Source: Mycolicibacterium smegmatis
GTDB taxonomy: Bacteria > Actinomycetota > Actinomycetes > Mycobacteriales > Mycobacteriaceae
Direction of reading: 5' to 3'
DNA: 32,000 nucleotides
Assembly: GCF_001457595.1 (NCBI RefSeq)
Contig: NZ_LN831039.1
Span: 3,840,001-3,872,000 of the forward strand
Shown here: one piece after another, positions 9,773-20,721 of the stretch
How positions within the stretch are numbered: the stretch's first letter is position 1
How the letters are laid out: each line of letters starts with the position of its first letter
Program-made: the position numbers and the translations under genes
The notes under the pieces: generated by a model
Databases searched by the model: none
Told to the model about the DNA's origin: nothing
Seen by the model: only the letters and a program-made list of their open reading frames with translations

Positions 9773-10548
9773 GCCGAGGCACCGTGCTGTGCGTGCGGGT
9801 CCGCGGCGTTCAAGATCGACACCACGTGGTCGTAGTCGCCGCGGGCCTCGCCGTAGCGCAGGAACTTCGCCTGCTCGACCAGGATCTCGTGGGCATCCGG
9901 TTCGGCTTCGAGCAAGGTCATCACGTCGGCGATGAAAACGTCGAGCGGCACGCCGTTCTCGTCCTCCTCGTGTCCGGGCATCAGTTGTGTGCGCACAGAC
10001 GGCGGCACCAGTTCCACGACCTTCACACTGGTGTCCGCGAGCTGCATGCGGATCGATTCGCTGAGCATGTGGATGGCGGCCTTGGAGGCGTTGTAGGTGG
10101 GCGTCACGCCCAGCGGTGTGAAGGCCAGACCTGAACTCACGGTGACGATCGTGGAATCCGGCTGCGCCTGAAGATGTTCGACGAACGCCGCGATCAATCT
10201 GATGGGTCCCAGCACATTCGTCTCGACGGTGGCCTCGGCCGTGGCCAGGAAGGTCTCCGGCTGGTGCCAGTCCTCGACGCGCATGATCCCGGCCATGGTG
10301 ACCAGGACGTTGAGGTCGGGGTGGTCGCTCAGCACCTGGTGTGCGGCGGCCGCGATGCTGGCGGGATCGGTCGTGTCGATGACGACGCCTCCCAGGTCGG
10401 GGTGCTCGGCGGTGATCCTGTCCAGCTCGGGGGTCCGGCGCCCGCCGATGATGACGGTGTTGCCCTTGTCCCGTAGTGCCAATGCCAGTGCCAGACCGAT
10501 GCCGCTGGTGGATCCAGGGATGAAGATGGTGTTTCCTGAGATCTTCAC
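9769..10548 (-). CDS. Short-chain dehydrogenase/reductase (DltE-like)
   Basis: IFIPGSTSGIGLALALALRDKGNTVIIGGRR, YNASKAAIHMLSESIR; ATGA overlap with the downstream SDR. Confidence 0.9.
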   Translation of the reverse strand: MKISGNTIFIPGSTSGIGLALALALRDKGNTVIIGGRRTPELDRITAEHPDLGGVVIDTTDPASIAAAAHQVLSDHPDLNVLVTMAGIMRVEDWHQPETFLATAEATVETNVLGPIRLIAAFVEHLQAQPDSTIVTVSSGLAFTPLGVTPTYNASKAAIHMLSESIRMQLADTSVKVVELVPPSVRTQLMPGHEEDENGVPLDVFIADVMTLLEAEPDAHEILVEQAKFLRYGEARGDYDHVVSILNAADPHAQHGASA

Positions 10549-10579
10549 TGAGTTCTCCTCGTGCCAGATGGGTCGGTGG

Positions 10580-12097
10580 TCACGCCGGAGTCGGCGTGCC
10601 CGAAACAGATTCGAGCTCTTCGATGGCCGCGGCCACGCCCGCGCCGTACGCCGGATCGGCCTTCGCGCAGTGTCCGACCCACCGCTGTTGAATCTCGGCG
10701 GGCACCCCGCGCATGGCCCTGGCGGTGTTGCCGAACAACCTGCGCTGCTCGTCGGGTGTCATCAGCCGGAACAGATTTCCGGGCTGTGTGTAGTAGTCGG
10801 CGTCGTCCTCGCGGAAGTTCCAGTTGCGCGCCGAGACGTCACCGAGCGGCTCCGGCGGGTATGCATAGGCCGGCTGCTCCTGCCATTCCCCGTAGCTGTT
10901 GGGCTCGTAGCCCAAGGTGCTGCCGTAGTTTCCGTCGACACGCATGGCGCCGTCACGGTGATAGCCGTGCACCGGGCACCGGGCGGTGTTCACCGGGATC
11001 TGGTGGTGGTTGATCCCCAGCCGGTAGTTCTGTGCGTCGTTGTAGGAGAACAGCCGGCCCTGCAGCATCTTGTCCGGTGAGAAACCGATTCCCGGCACGA
11101 TTCGCGCCGGGGAGAATGCGGCCTGCTCCACCTCGGCGAAGTAGTTGTCCGGATTGCGGTTGAGTTCCCACTCGCCCACCTCGATCAACGGGTAGTCGGC
11201 GTGCGGCCAGACCTTGGTCAGGTCGAACGGGTGGTACGGCACCGTCGCGGCGTCGGATTCCGGCATGATCTGTACGCACAGCTTCCAGCGCGGGAAGTCG
11301 CCACATTCGATGGCCTCGTACAGGTCACGCTGATGGCTCTCGCGGTCCGTGCCGATGAGCGCCTCGGCTTCGGCATCCGTGAGGTGGCCGAGTTCCTGTT
11401 GGCAGACATGGTGGAACTTGACCCAATGCCGCACACCCTCGGCATTGACGAAACTGTAGGTGTGCGAGCCGAACCCGTGCATACGGCGGTAGGACGACGG
11501 GATTCCCCGGTCTCCCATCGTCATGGTCACCTGGTGCAGCGATTCCGGCAGCAGGCTCCACCAGTCCCAGTTGTTGTGCGGGCTGCGCAGATTGGTGCGG
11601 GGGTCCCGCTTGACGACGTGGTTGAGGTCGGTGAACTTCAGTGGGTCACGGATGAAGAACACCGGGGTGTTGTTTCCGACCAGGTCCCAGTTGCCCTCCT
11701 CGGTGTAGAACTTGACCGCGAACCCGCGGATGTCACGCTCGGCGTCGGCGGCGCCGCGTTCACCGGCCACGGTCGAGAACCGCACGAACAGGTCGGTCTG
11801 CTTGCCGATTTCGGAGAACAGTTTGGCCGTGGTGAACCGGGTGATGTCGCCTGTGACGGTGAAGGTCCCGTACGCGCCGGACCCCTTCGCGTGCATGCGG
11901 CGTTCCGGGATGACCTCCCGGTCGAAGTGGGCCAGTTTCTCCAGGTACCACACATACTGCAGCAGCATCGGGCCACGTGGGCCTGCGGTGATCACGTTGT
12001 TGTTGTCGACGACGGGCGCGCCTGCGATCGTCGTCAACTTGCCGTTCGACGATGTGCCGTTCGTCTCGGGCGCGGCCCCGTTACCGTTGGTGGTCAC
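10580..12097 (-). CDS. Monofunctional (heme) catalase
   Basis: RVVHAKGSGA-like [69 protein letters not shown]-like [16 protein letters not shown] start at 12097 is preceded by gaggagag; the track start 12460 is probably over-extended. Confidence 0.95.
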   Translation of the reverse strand: MTTNGNGAAPETNGTSSNGKLTTIAGAPVVDNNNVITAGPRGPMLLQYVWYLEKLAHFDREVIPERRMHAKGSGAYGTFTVTGDITRFTTAKLFSEIGKQTDLFVRFSTVAGERGAADAERDIRGFAVKFYTEEGNWDLVGNNTPVFFIRDPLKFTDLNHVVKRDPRTNLRSPHNNWDWWSLLPESLHQVTMTMGDRGIPSSYRRMHGFGSHTYSFVNAEGVRHWVKFHHVCQQELGHLTDAEAEALIGTDRESHQRDLYEAIECGDFPRWKLCVQIMPESDAATVPYHPFDLTKVWPHADYPLIEVGEWELNRNPDNYFAEVEQAAFSPARIVPGIGFSPDKMLQGRLFSYNDAQNYRLGINHHQIPVNTARCPVHGYHRDGAMRVDGNYGSTLGYEPNSYGEWQEQPAYAYPPEPLGDVSARNWNFREDDADYYTQPGNLFRLMTPDEQRRLFGNTARAMRGVPAEIQQRWVGHCAKADPAYGAGVAAAIEELESVSGTPTPA

Positions 12098-12213
12098 TTG
12101 CTCTCCTCTTCGACGGTCGATCGCGGTCATTCGACTCAACCAGCGGCCCGTGCTCGATTGCGCCCGTGTCACCCCGGGGCGCTGACGCCAGGGGTTTCCC
12201 GGGGTGCACGGAC

Positions 12214-14961
12214 CTACGGTGGCGGCAGTTCGCGGCTGCGTAGCTCCTTGCGGGATGCGACGCCGAGCTTGGAGAAGATCTTGCTCAAATGCCATTCGAC
12301 CGTGCGCGCACTGATGAACAACTGCGCCGCGATCTCGGAATTGGTCCGGCCCTCGGCGGCCAATCGGGCGATGTGGCTCTCCTGGCCCGTCAGCTCGACC
12401 ACTGGTCCCCCGTCGCGCCTGCGTACGGCCTCCCCGGTCGCTTCGAGTTCGCGCCGGCACCGATCGGCGAACCCTTCTGCGCCCATCTCGCTGAACATCT
12501 CCTCAGCACGGTGCAGCGCAGCGCGGGCATCCATCCGCCGCCCTTGTCGTCGTAGCCATTCCCCGTACACCAGATACGTGCGGGCCAGGTAGACGACGGC
12601 GGTGCTGCCCTCCAGATGCGCGATGGCGCTGCGGTATTCCGCCTCGGCCTCCGATCCCTCGGTCAGCAACGCCCGTGCACGTGCCGCAAGGCCCAGCGCG
12701 GTGGTGGTCCCGCCGGCCTCGGCACGTTCGACCAGCCGGGTGAGCGCCTCCCCCGCCGCTGCCGTCTCGGCGCTTCGCGAAGCCGCCTCGATCAACTCCA
12801 CGAGCACGAGGTTCGTGATGCCGATGTCGTCGTACGCCAGCGCGGCCCGGCAGCAGTTGAGCGCCTCGCCGTACTGGCCGAGGCTGTTGTGCAGTACCGC
12901 CGATGCGAACATGGCGGCGCCCACCGAGTAACCGTGGCCGTGGACCTTGTCCGCATCCTCGGTGATCGCCACGACGATTTCGCGTGTCGCCTTCTCCTGC
13001 CCCTGAAAGGCGGTCAACAGGGCGGTACCGACGCCGAGTTGAGGGCCGCCGATCGCTGTGGCGATGGCCTCTGCCTCGGAAAGGTGCGCCGCGGCGTCCG
13101 CCAACCGTCCGGAGAAGATCTCCGCCGTCGCGAGCGCACCGAGGGCCGGCGGAAGCGTGGCCAGTGCGCCGGCACCGGCGAGCAGCGCGTGCTGGCGCAG
13201 CGCGAGAGTTTCGAAGGCGTCGAAATCGAAGAGCTCCAGACAGATTCGCGTCGCCATGTCGTAATACTGCGGCTCCGCCGTTGCGTCGGCGTCGAGGCGT
13301 AGGAACTCCTGCATGGCCTTCTTCAACGACACGGCCCCGTCCACATATCCGTCGAGCATCCGAACGATCAGCCCGCACAGCAGGACATCAACCGCCCGCT
13401 GCGGCACGAGGGGCCCGACAAGCGGTCGGGCCGCGCCCGCGACGGACACTGCACTGGTCGTCGGGCCCGACATCCGGCCCGCCTGGATCGCCGCCGACAG
13501 CGCCTCGAACACGTTCTCGCGGGCGAGTTCTGGGGCTGCATCGGCCAGTCGCCCGGCGGTCTGCATCAGCAGCGGCACCGCATCTGCGGGGCGGGCCACC
13601 GCTCTGGCCCGCAGCCGGTCGATTCTGGCGGTCGTCAGGTCGTCGTCGGTCATCCGCCGGGCATCCACCAGCAGTGCCGCCGCCGACTGCGGCGCACCGG
13701 TGTCGAGTTTCGCCTGCGCGGCAGCGAGCGCACGCTCGACCCGCACCTGAGGGTCCGGGGTCAGACTGGATGCGAACGCCAGGAACGCCGCGGCCGCCGC
13801 GACCCCTCCCCGTTTGCGGGCGTCCCCGGCCGCGCTCTCCAACTGCGCGGCGACGTGCTCGTCGGGTCCGGCGGACGCGTGCCCCAGATGCCAGGCGAGG
13901 TGCTCGGTAGCGGAGGGCCCGTCGATGACGGCCGCCAGGGCCCGATGCGCCCTGCGGCGCTCGGCGGTACCGGCGTTTCGGTAGACCACTGACCGAATCA
14001 TGGGGTGGCGAAAGCACACCCGACTGTCGATCGAGATGAGATCGGCATCGACGGCCATATCCGCTGCGTCTTCGGGAAGACCGAGGTGGTCGGCAGCACC
14101 GGCCAACCATCGCGGGTCACCGGTGGGGTCTGCGGCGGCCACCAACAGCAGCGTCGTGGCGTGTGCGGGCAGATCGGCGAGGCGTCGATCGAAACTTCGT
14201 CGCAGCCGGCCGGCGAGCTGGTCGGCGTTCGCGAGCCCGAACCCGCCGGCCAGTTCCGCCGGTGTGAACACCCGGTGCAGCTCCAGTAGCGCCAGCGGGT
14301 TTCCGCGGGATTCGGCGAGAATGTTCTCACGCACCTGCTCGTCGATCTCCCCGGGCATCGTCCTGGTGAGCAGCGCCCGGGCGTCGTCGTCGGCGAGCCC
14401 GCGCAGTTGAAGTTCGGCGAGGCCGTTGAGGATTCGGTCCTCGCGTCGTTGGCACGCGGCAAACACGATCAGCGTCGGGTCGGCGTCCAGACGCCTGGCC
14501 GCGAAGGCCACCGCACGGAGTGACTCGGCGTCGACCCATTGCGCGTCATCGATCACACAAAGGGTCGGGCGTTCGGCCGATGCCTCCGACATCAACGTCA
14601 AGAGCGCAAGCCCGACGATCAACCGGTCCGGTGGGTCGCCGTCGGCCACGCCCAGCGCCACCTGCAGTGCGCGCTGCTGCGGCACAGGCAACCGGTCGAG
14701 GCGGTTGAGCAGCGGGGTGCACAGCTGGTGCAATCCGGCATAGGCCAGCTCCATCTCGGATTCGGAGCCACGGATCCGCAACACCCGGAAGTCGGCCGCG
14801 CGGGCGATCAGGTAGTCGAGGATGGACGTCTTCCCGACGCCAGGGTCGCCGCGCACGACGATCGTCGCGCTGTGCCCGCCACGTGCCTGGCTTAGCAGCC
14901 GCGCGAGCTGTTCCTGTTCACGATGTCTTCCGAGCAGACGGCGGGGACGGATTCCGGTCAT
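12214..14961 (-). CDS. LAL-type transcriptional regulator: AAA ATPase N-terminus with C-terminal LuxR HTH
   Basis: Walker [10 protein letters not shown], Walker B-like [14 protein letters not shown]-terminal [45 protein letters not shown]. Start chosen at [19 protein letters not shown]. Confidence 0.92.
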   Translation of the reverse strand: MTGIRPRRLLGRHREQEQLARLLSQARGGHSATIVVRGDPGVGKTSILDYLIARAADFRVLRIRGSESEMELAYAGLHQLCTPLLNRLDRLPVPQQRALQVALGVADGDPPDRLIVGLALLTLMSEASAERPTLCVIDDAQWVDAESLRAVAFAARRLDADPTLIVFAACQRREDRILNGLAELQLRGLADDDARALLTRTMPGEIDEQVRENILAESRGNPLALLELHRVFTPAELAGGFGLANADQLAGRLRRSFDRRLADLPAHATTLLLVAAADPTGDPRWLAGAADHLGLPEDAADMAVDADLISIDSRVCFRHPMIRSVVYRNAGTAERRRAHRALAAVIDGPSATEHLAWHLGHASAGPDEHVAAQLESAAGDARKRGGVAAAAAFLAFASSLTPDPQVRVERALAAAQAKLDTGAPQSAAALLVDARRMTDDDLTTARIDRLRARAVARPADAVPLLMQTAGRLADAAPELARENVFEALSAAIQAGRMSGPTTSAVSVAGAARPLVGPLVPQRAVDVLLCGLIVRMLDGYVDGAVSLKKAMQEFLRLDADATAEPQYYDMATRICLELFDFDAFETLALRQHALLAGAGALATLPPALGALATAEIFSGRLADAAAHLSEAEAIATAIGGPQLGVGTALLTAFQGQEKATREIVVAITEDADKVHGHGYSVGAAMFASAVLHNSLGQYGEALNCCRAALAYDDIGITNLVLVELIEAASRSAETAAAGEALTRLVERAEAGGTTTALGLAARARALLTEGSEAEAEYRSAIAHLEGSTAVVYLARTYLVYGEWLRRQGRRMDARAALHRAEEMFSEMGAEGFADRCRRELEATGEAVRRRDGGPVVELTGQESHIARLAAEGRTNSEIAAQLFISARTVEWHLSKIFSKLGVASRKELRSRELPPP

Positions 14962-15054
14962 GCCGGCATGAACGTACGTTCCGCGAAAATCGATGTCAGC
15001 CGGTCGCACCGACTTCGCGCCGGCCGCACCCCGTTCACTCCGTCCAGGGTGCCG

Positions 15055-15693
15055 TCAGCCCGGCAGAGCGTTCGACGTGATGAGGCCGACGAAGTTCCCG
15101 CGGCGGAAGTCGGGGTCGAAATGCGCCAGCACGTCGTCGTTCATGGTCCCGAACGTGGTCTCCGGTCGGTGCCGCATGCCCTCGTTGAACGCGTTCAGGA
15201 TGCCGTCGGCGAAGTTGACCCGCGGATGGACCGCCAGAATCTCCTGGATCTCGGAGGAGTTGAGCGCGTCGAGCCCGAGTCCCAGCACGTCTGTCTCGAC
15301 CCCCGCGGTGACGAGCGCGATCTCAGGCTCCATGCGGTCGGGAATGCCGGGGGTGGTGTGCAGCGCGATCCCGAGCCACACCTGCCTGGCCTCGCGCTCC
15401 GAGAATCCGTGGCCCAGCAGGAACGAGCGTGCGGTGTCAGCGCCGTCGAGCTCGAAGCGCTGGTCGGTGCTGCCGTATTTCTGTGTCAGGCCGAGGTCGT
15501 GGAACATCGCGCCGATGTAGAGCAGTTCAGGGTCCGGCACCAACCCGCGCCGTGTGCCCTGCAGGCTGCCCCACAGGTACACCCGCCGCGAATGGTGGAA
15601 CACCAGGTCATCAGCGACGTCGCGGACGAGCTCGGTGGCCTCACGGGTGAGGGCGGAATCCGGAATCGCTACGCCGGCAATATCTTCGGCCAT
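15055..15693 (-). CDS. HD-domain protein (putative metal-dependent phosphohydrolase)
   Basis: HSRRVYLWGSL, AMFHDLGLTQKY (HD), SFLLGHGF, ALHTT: standard HD-domain layout. Confidence 0.85.
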   Translation of the reverse strand: MAEDIAGVAIPDSALTREATELVRDVADDLVFHHSRRVYLWGSLQGTRRGLVPDPELLYIGAMFHDLGLTQKYGSTDQRFELDGADTARSFLLGHGFSEREARQVWLGIALHTTPGIPDRMEPEIALVTAGVETDVLGLGLDALNSSEIQEILAVHPRVNFADGILNAFNEGMRHRPETTFGTMNDDVLAHFDPDFRRGNFVGLITSNALPG

Positions 15694-15799
15694 CGTTTAT
15701 GCCTTTCGTGACACCACAGGGGCGTTTGACGGGACGCGGGCGGCGGTCGCCTGATCGCCGTTCCATCGTCCGGCCGACGGGACGCGATCCGCGCCCGTG

Positions 15800-18376
15800 T
15801 CACCCCCGGGTCGCGGCACGGGTGTCCTCAGGTGTGGCGATCTCGGAGAGGAACTGTTCGAAGGTGGTCGGGGTCCGCGTTTCGTCGTTGCGGGGTTCGC
15901 GCATGATGATTCGGCGTTCGGCGACGTCGAGAGTCATCTGGGTGGTGCCGCTCGCCATGTGTTCGGAGAATCCGGCCGCCAGGAGATCGTCGTGCATCGT
16001 CTGTGCGTCGATCTCCTGACGCAGCGGTGGTGCGTTTGCGGACGGTCTCACCGGTCGCCATGAGCTCGGTCCGTGCGCGCTCGGCGAAGCCGGCCATTCC
16101 CATCGACTCGAACATGTCGAGCGCAATGCGCAGCTGTGTGCGGGCGTCGGTGCGTCGGCGTTCCCGGCGCAGCCATTCGCCGTAGACCAGGTGGGCTCGA
16201 GCGAGATCGGTGCGCAGGCGCGTGCGGCAGCCTCCACGAGTTCCAGCGCGGCCCACGTCGACAACGCCATGTCGATCTGGCCTGCCGCGCGTTCGGCCGG
16301 CGGCAGCGCGGCCGGGTAGTCACCGATGCCGTTGTGCAGCAACGCTTCGGAGTACTCTGCGGTGCTCAACCAGATTCCTTCACCGCGCGCCATGACATCC
16401 GCCATTGTGGATTCGATCATTGTCAACGTTTCGGCCCGTTGACCGCGCGTGGCCGCGAGCTGGACACCGGGTTTGGTGGCGAGCGCGTCTCCGGTTGCCT
16501 CTGTCACGGTCTTCAGCTCCTGAAGCAGCGCCGCCGCGGCGCCGAGCTCACCGGAAAGGGTGAGCCATACCGCACGCGAACCGAGCGCGAGCGGCAGCTC
16601 CGCCAGCGCACCCGCAGTGCGCGCGAGCTCGATATGCCGTGCCGACAGCACATCCCAGCTTTCGTCGTCCCAGATGTGCAGTGCCGCAATACCTGCCAGC
16701 CACAGAAAGCGACGTTCGCCGTCGGCTACGCCATGTCGTGCGCTGCTGACGGCGCGCCGCAGGGTGGGCACCGCCGCCGCATATCCGTCGGTGAAATATG
16801 TCGAGAACCCCTCTAGCAGAAGGGCAGTCAGCGTTTCCCGTGGCGGTATCGAGGAGGTCCGCGCCGCACGGGCCACATCTCGCACGCCGCCGCCGACTGC
16901 GAGTCGGCCCGCGAAGATCGCGGCCTGCAACGCTTCGAGGTATGTGGTGCGGGACAACTCGGCATCGACGGCCTCCAGCCGCCGGGCGGCCTTGAGCAAC
17001 AGCGTCGGGGCATCACTGCCCCGGTCGGTGACGTAGGCCAGCTGCGCGCGGACCAGGTCTGCGCGGGCGCCCAGGTGGTCGGTGAGCGGGCCGCCCTCGA
17101 CCACGGCCAGCAGGTCTGCGGCGGCCTCGAACGCGCCGGCCTGTGCCTTCGACGAGGACGCAGCCAATGCACGCTCGGCGCGCAGGACCGGATCGAGCGT
17201 CAGCATCGTCGCGCGCTCCAAGAACGCAGCCGCGGCGGCCAGCCCGCCGCGGGCCTGTGCACGACTGGCGCATCGTTCGAGTTCCGCCGCGACCGCCTCG
17301 TCGGGGCCCGCTGTGGCCTGCGCCCGGTGCCAGGCACAACGGTCGGGGTCACGCTCCGAGTCGGTCACCTCGGCCAGGGCACGGTGTGCCAACAGCCGGT
17401 CTCGCAGCGTCGCCGACCGGTAGATCGCCGAGCGCACGAGCGGGTGACGGAACCGCACGCGGATACCGAACTCGGCCAACCCGTCGGCCGTCGCGGGTTC
17501 GCCGGCGTCGGCGTCGATGCCCAGGCGGGCCGCGGCCCGCCACATCAGCGTCGGATCACCGGTCGGCTCGGCCGCGGCGATCAGGAGCAGCCGTCTGGTG
17601 TGCTCCGGCAGTGCGGCCATCCGGCGCTGGAAGCTCTCCTCGATGCGGCCCGACAACCGCACCGCACTGGGAATTCCGAAGCCGCCCGCCAACTCCCGGT
17701 CGGTCAGGTCACGCGGCAGCTCCATCAGAGCCAGCGGGTTTCCCCGGGTTTCGGCGATGATCTGATCGCGAATCCGCTCGTCGAGCGGTGCGTTCCACAC
17801 CGAGTCCATGAGCGCCGCGGCGTCCGCGTGGGGCAACCCGGCCAGTTCCAGCGTCGGCAGTTTCGCGATCTCGGGGTCGGGGGTACGGGTGGCCATGATC
17901 AGCGCGATGGGATCGGCGCCCAGCCGGCGTGCCACGAACGAGAGCACCCGGACCGATGCGCTGTCCAGCCACTGCACGTCATCGATGAGGCAGACCAGAG
18001 GCTGCTCCTCGGCGACGTGGGACAGCAGACTCAGCGCGGCCAGCCCGATCAGCAGCCGGTCGGGCGCAGTTCCCGCATTCAGGCCGAATGCGCTGCCCAG
18101 GGCCTCGCGTTGCGGATCCGGTAGATGATCGAGCCGGTCCAGCATCGGCATGCACAGCTGCTGCAGGCCGGCGTAGGCGAGTTCCATCTCGGATTCGATC
18201 CCCGCGGGCCGGATCAGCCGGTACCCCTCGGCTCGGCCGGCCACGTACTCGATCAATGCCGATTTGCCCACGCCCGGATCGCCACACACCACCAGTGCGC
18301 TGCCCGAGCCAGCACGGGCCGAGCGCAGGACGTCGTCGAGCACGCGGGATTCGGTTCGCCGGTCAATTAACTCCAT
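15800..18376 (-). pseudogene. Rearranged LAL-type regulator: intact ATPase part, internal segment missing, LuxR HTH lost, fused to an unrelated tail
   Basis: Walker [35 protein letters not shown] is followed out of frame by [24 protein letters not shown]...[10 protein letters not shown] (frame of ORF 15828..16256); no ARLAAEG...TVExHL motif follows. The 15800 frame ends ...[24 protein letters not shown]...[13 protein letters not shown]. Confidence 0.8.
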
Positions 18377-18436
18377 TGACCATGAATGGTCTCATTTCCG
18401 ACGAGTTGATGCTGGACATCACCGATCAGCGCTTTG

Positions 18437-19033
18437 CTACTCGCTGGATGGCGCGGCAAGACTAGTGCGTACCCGGCGGCGTCCTCGATGCAGGCGGGAC
18501 ATCACCGTGCCGATCGACACGCCCGTGGCCTCGGCGACCTGCTTGTAGGACAGCCCCACCACGTCCGCGTAGTAGATGGCCATCCGGTAGGTCTCGGGCA
18601 ATGCCCGGATCGCCGCGGTGAGCCGTCCGTCGGGAATGGACTCCAGCACGGCGGCCTCGGGGGTGCGCCACGGATGAGTCCGGCAGTCGGCCGGTGCCTC
18701 CTGGTAGAAGTCCGCGACGAGCAGCTCAGGAGGCCGGCGTGACCGGAGACGATGGCTGTCGACCCAGGCGTTGTGCATGATCCGGTGCAGCCACGCCGTG
18801 AGATTGGTGCCCTCGCGAAAAGTCCCGAACCCGGCGAACGCCCGCAACATGGTGTCCTGAAGAAGATCTTCGGCATCCTGGCGTGTGCCGGTCAGGTGCA
18901 GCGCCCCGATGAACAGGCGACCCTGCAACGGAAGTGTCTCGCGCTCGAAGCGGACGACGAGGTCCGGATCGGTCGGTGGTGATGGGGTCGGGTTGCGCGG
19001 CGATGCTGTCGGTTCGGCGAGTGGAGTGATCAC
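18437..19033 (-). CDS. ECF-type RNA polymerase sigma factor
   Basis: Region 2: LTGTRQDAEDLLQDTMLRAFAGFGTFREGTNLTAWLHRIMHNAWVD; region 4: ALPETYRMAIYYADVVGLSYKQVAEATGVSIGTVMSRLHRGRRRV. Confidence 0.93.
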   Translation of the reverse strand: MITPLAEPTASPRNPTPSPPTDPDLVVRFERETLPLQGRLFIGALHLTGTRQDAEDLLQDTMLRAFAGFGTFREGTNLTAWLHRIMHNAWVDSHRLRSRRPPELLVADFYQEAPADCRTHPWRTPEAAVLESIPDGRLTAAIRALPETYRMAIYYADVVGLSYKQVAEATGVSIGTVMSRLHRGRRRVRTSLAAPSSE

Positions 19034-19064
19034 GGGGGATCCTCTCGGTGCGGGGCGGCCCCGA

Positions 19065-19103
19065 TCGGGCGGCGGGTGTGTCCGTTCGAGGTTCCGCCCG
19101 ATC
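19065..19103. promoter_or_regulatory. 10-bp perfect inverted repeat with 19-nt spacer upstream of the ECF sigma gene
   Basis: gatcgggcgg (19065-19074) and ccgcccgatc (19094-19103); about 30-70 nt upstream of the sigma start at 19033. Confidence 0.45.
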
Positions 19104-19141
19104 CGCTCTCACTCGCATCGGCAGGTGCCTAGCGGAAGTGG

Positions 19142-20146
19142 CTAGGTGTAGGAGGGCACGACGTTGGTGACGCCTACACGGAGCCTAGAGACTGGTGGCT
19201 GGCCGCCGGATCCACTGTGCGGCCGGTGGTAGTTGTAATGGATGTTCCAGATGGCTATTGCGGATGAGCGGGCGTCTTCGTTGGTGAACTCCCGAGCGTA
19301 GAGCAGTTCCTCCGCCAGGATGCGTTGGTAGCGTTCCACTTTCCCGTTATGGCGAGGCGTGTACGGCTTCGTGCGTTGGTGCCGAGCCCGCTGGCCGATG
19401 CTTCGGGCGAAGTCGCCGGACCGGTAGCAGGCTCCGTTGTCGGTGACGATTCGGTGGATGTGGATGATGCCGTGGGCGGCGAACCAGACCTTCGCTCGGG
19501 CGAGAAAGGTAGCCGCGGTCGCGCCCTTCTCGTCAGCGAGCGGCTCGGTGTAGGCAAGCCGGGAGTATCCGTCGATCGCCGAGTGCAGGTAGGTATAGCC
19601 AGCCTTGGCGCCGGCGGTCTTGGCGCGGTCGGCCGCGCGGTTCTGCGCGCTATCGCGGCCATGGATGCGCCATCCGCCGCCATCGGGGATGCGACCAACT
19701 TTCTTGACGTCGAGGTGGATCATATGGCCGGGCCAGCGGGCGGTGATCCGGCCCGGCTGGCGGTTAGATTCACCGTTCGGGTCGAGGAACCTTCGGTGAT
19801 TGAGGCCGAGGTGTGCCAGGTGCCGCGTGACGGTACGGCGGTTGAGCTGGATGCCCTGCTCGGACAGGTCATGTGTAATCCGCTGGGCTGACCACTTTTT
19901 CTCACGCCGACTGGTCTCGATCAGGGCGACTACGTGCGCTGGCGTTGCGGTGGGGCTGTGATGAGGCGTGGAGGAACGGTCGTGTAGGCCGAGTTCGCCG
20001 TGGCGTCGCCATCGATTGACCCACTTGCTCGCGCAGGCACGAGAGATGCCCATTTCCTTGGCTACGTGGGCGATGGGTCTGTTGCGGCATCGCTCGATGA
20101 GCCGATGGCGACCTTCGATCGTCAGCGGCGCGTTCTTGTGGGTCAC
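19142..20146 (-). mobile_element. IS481-family transposase (apparently intact ORF); element ends not resolved
   Basis: N-terminal HTH GRHRLIERCRNRPIAHVAKEMGISRACASKWVNRWRRHGELGLHDRSS, DDE core HLDVKKVGRIPDGGG, VTDNGACYRS, KPYTPRHNGKVERYQRILAEELLYA, NYHRPHSGSGGQPPVSRL. Confidence 0.92.
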
Positions 20147-20652
20147 TTTGTCGGACTGGGCGCGGATGCACGGCGCGCGGTGTCGCGGCTGTCGATGGCT
20201 TGGCGCACTTCGGTGATCGCCGCTCGGATCATGTACCCGTATGCATCGTCGTTGAGCGATGCGGTGTGATGCTCGGCGTTCTCGATGTGCTCGGTGGCCG
20301 CGTCGAACGAACCGAGGCGGCGGAGGTTGTCAGCGATATTGACGTAGAGACTGGGGTAGAAGCCGGCGACGTGAAGGCTTGCGTGGTACTGCTGGGCTCG
20401 ATCATCGCTGAGAAGGTTGGCGGCATCAAGGGCGCGGACGTCCCACATCAACGCGGCCGCAGGGTCTTCGTAGAGATCAGCCAGGTAGTGGGCAAGAGTG
20501 CAGCGATGGAACGGGTCGCCGGCTACGCCAATCTGCTTCCAGATAGCGAGCAATTCTTGTCGTGCAGACCCCTTATCGCCGTCGCGGCCGAGGACCACTG
20601 CTGTGGTGATGGCTTCCATTGTCGGGTCAGGCGAAGTGGCGTTGCTCGTCAT
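20143..20652 (-). CDS. Small TPR-like hypothetical protein; C-terminus overlaps the transposase start and may be modified by insertion
   Basis: 169 aa, helical repeat-like text (HRCTLAHYLADLYEDPAAALMWDVRALDAANLL..YPSLYVNIADNLRRLGSFDAATEHIENAEHH); stop lies 3 nt inside the IS transposase ORF. Confidence 0.65.
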   Translation of the reverse strand: MTSNATSPDPTMEAITTAVVLGRDGDKGSARQELLAIWKQIGVAGDPFHRCTLAHYLADLYEDPAAALMWDVRALDAANLLSDDRAQQYHASLHVAGFYPSLYVNIADNLRRLGSFDAATEHIENAEHHTASLNDDAYGYMIRAAITEVRQAIDSRDTARRASAPSPTK

Positions 20653-20721
20653 GAGAGTTGTTCTGTCCTTTCGGTTTAGAGGGTTACGGGCTTTCGGGCC
20701 GTCGTGCTGAGCGAAGTTCAG

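Noticed and set aside
11201-12592. Plus-strand ORF 11201..12592 opposite catalase
   Set aside because: Antisense artefact; catalase is unambiguous on the minus strand.
13388-18124. Various ORFs overlapping the LAL genes on either strand (e.g. 13388..14110 -, 17075..18124 +, 12984..13910 +)
   Set aside because: Shadow frames of the LAL genes with Arg/Pro/Ala-rich composition. Only ORF 15828..16256 was retained, as evidence for the frame junction.
19100-20200. IS terminal inverted repeats and target-site duplication
   Set aside because: Both flanks were inspected but no convincing inverted ends could be matched by eye (only a weak AAGTG-like similarity), so no element boundaries are claimed.
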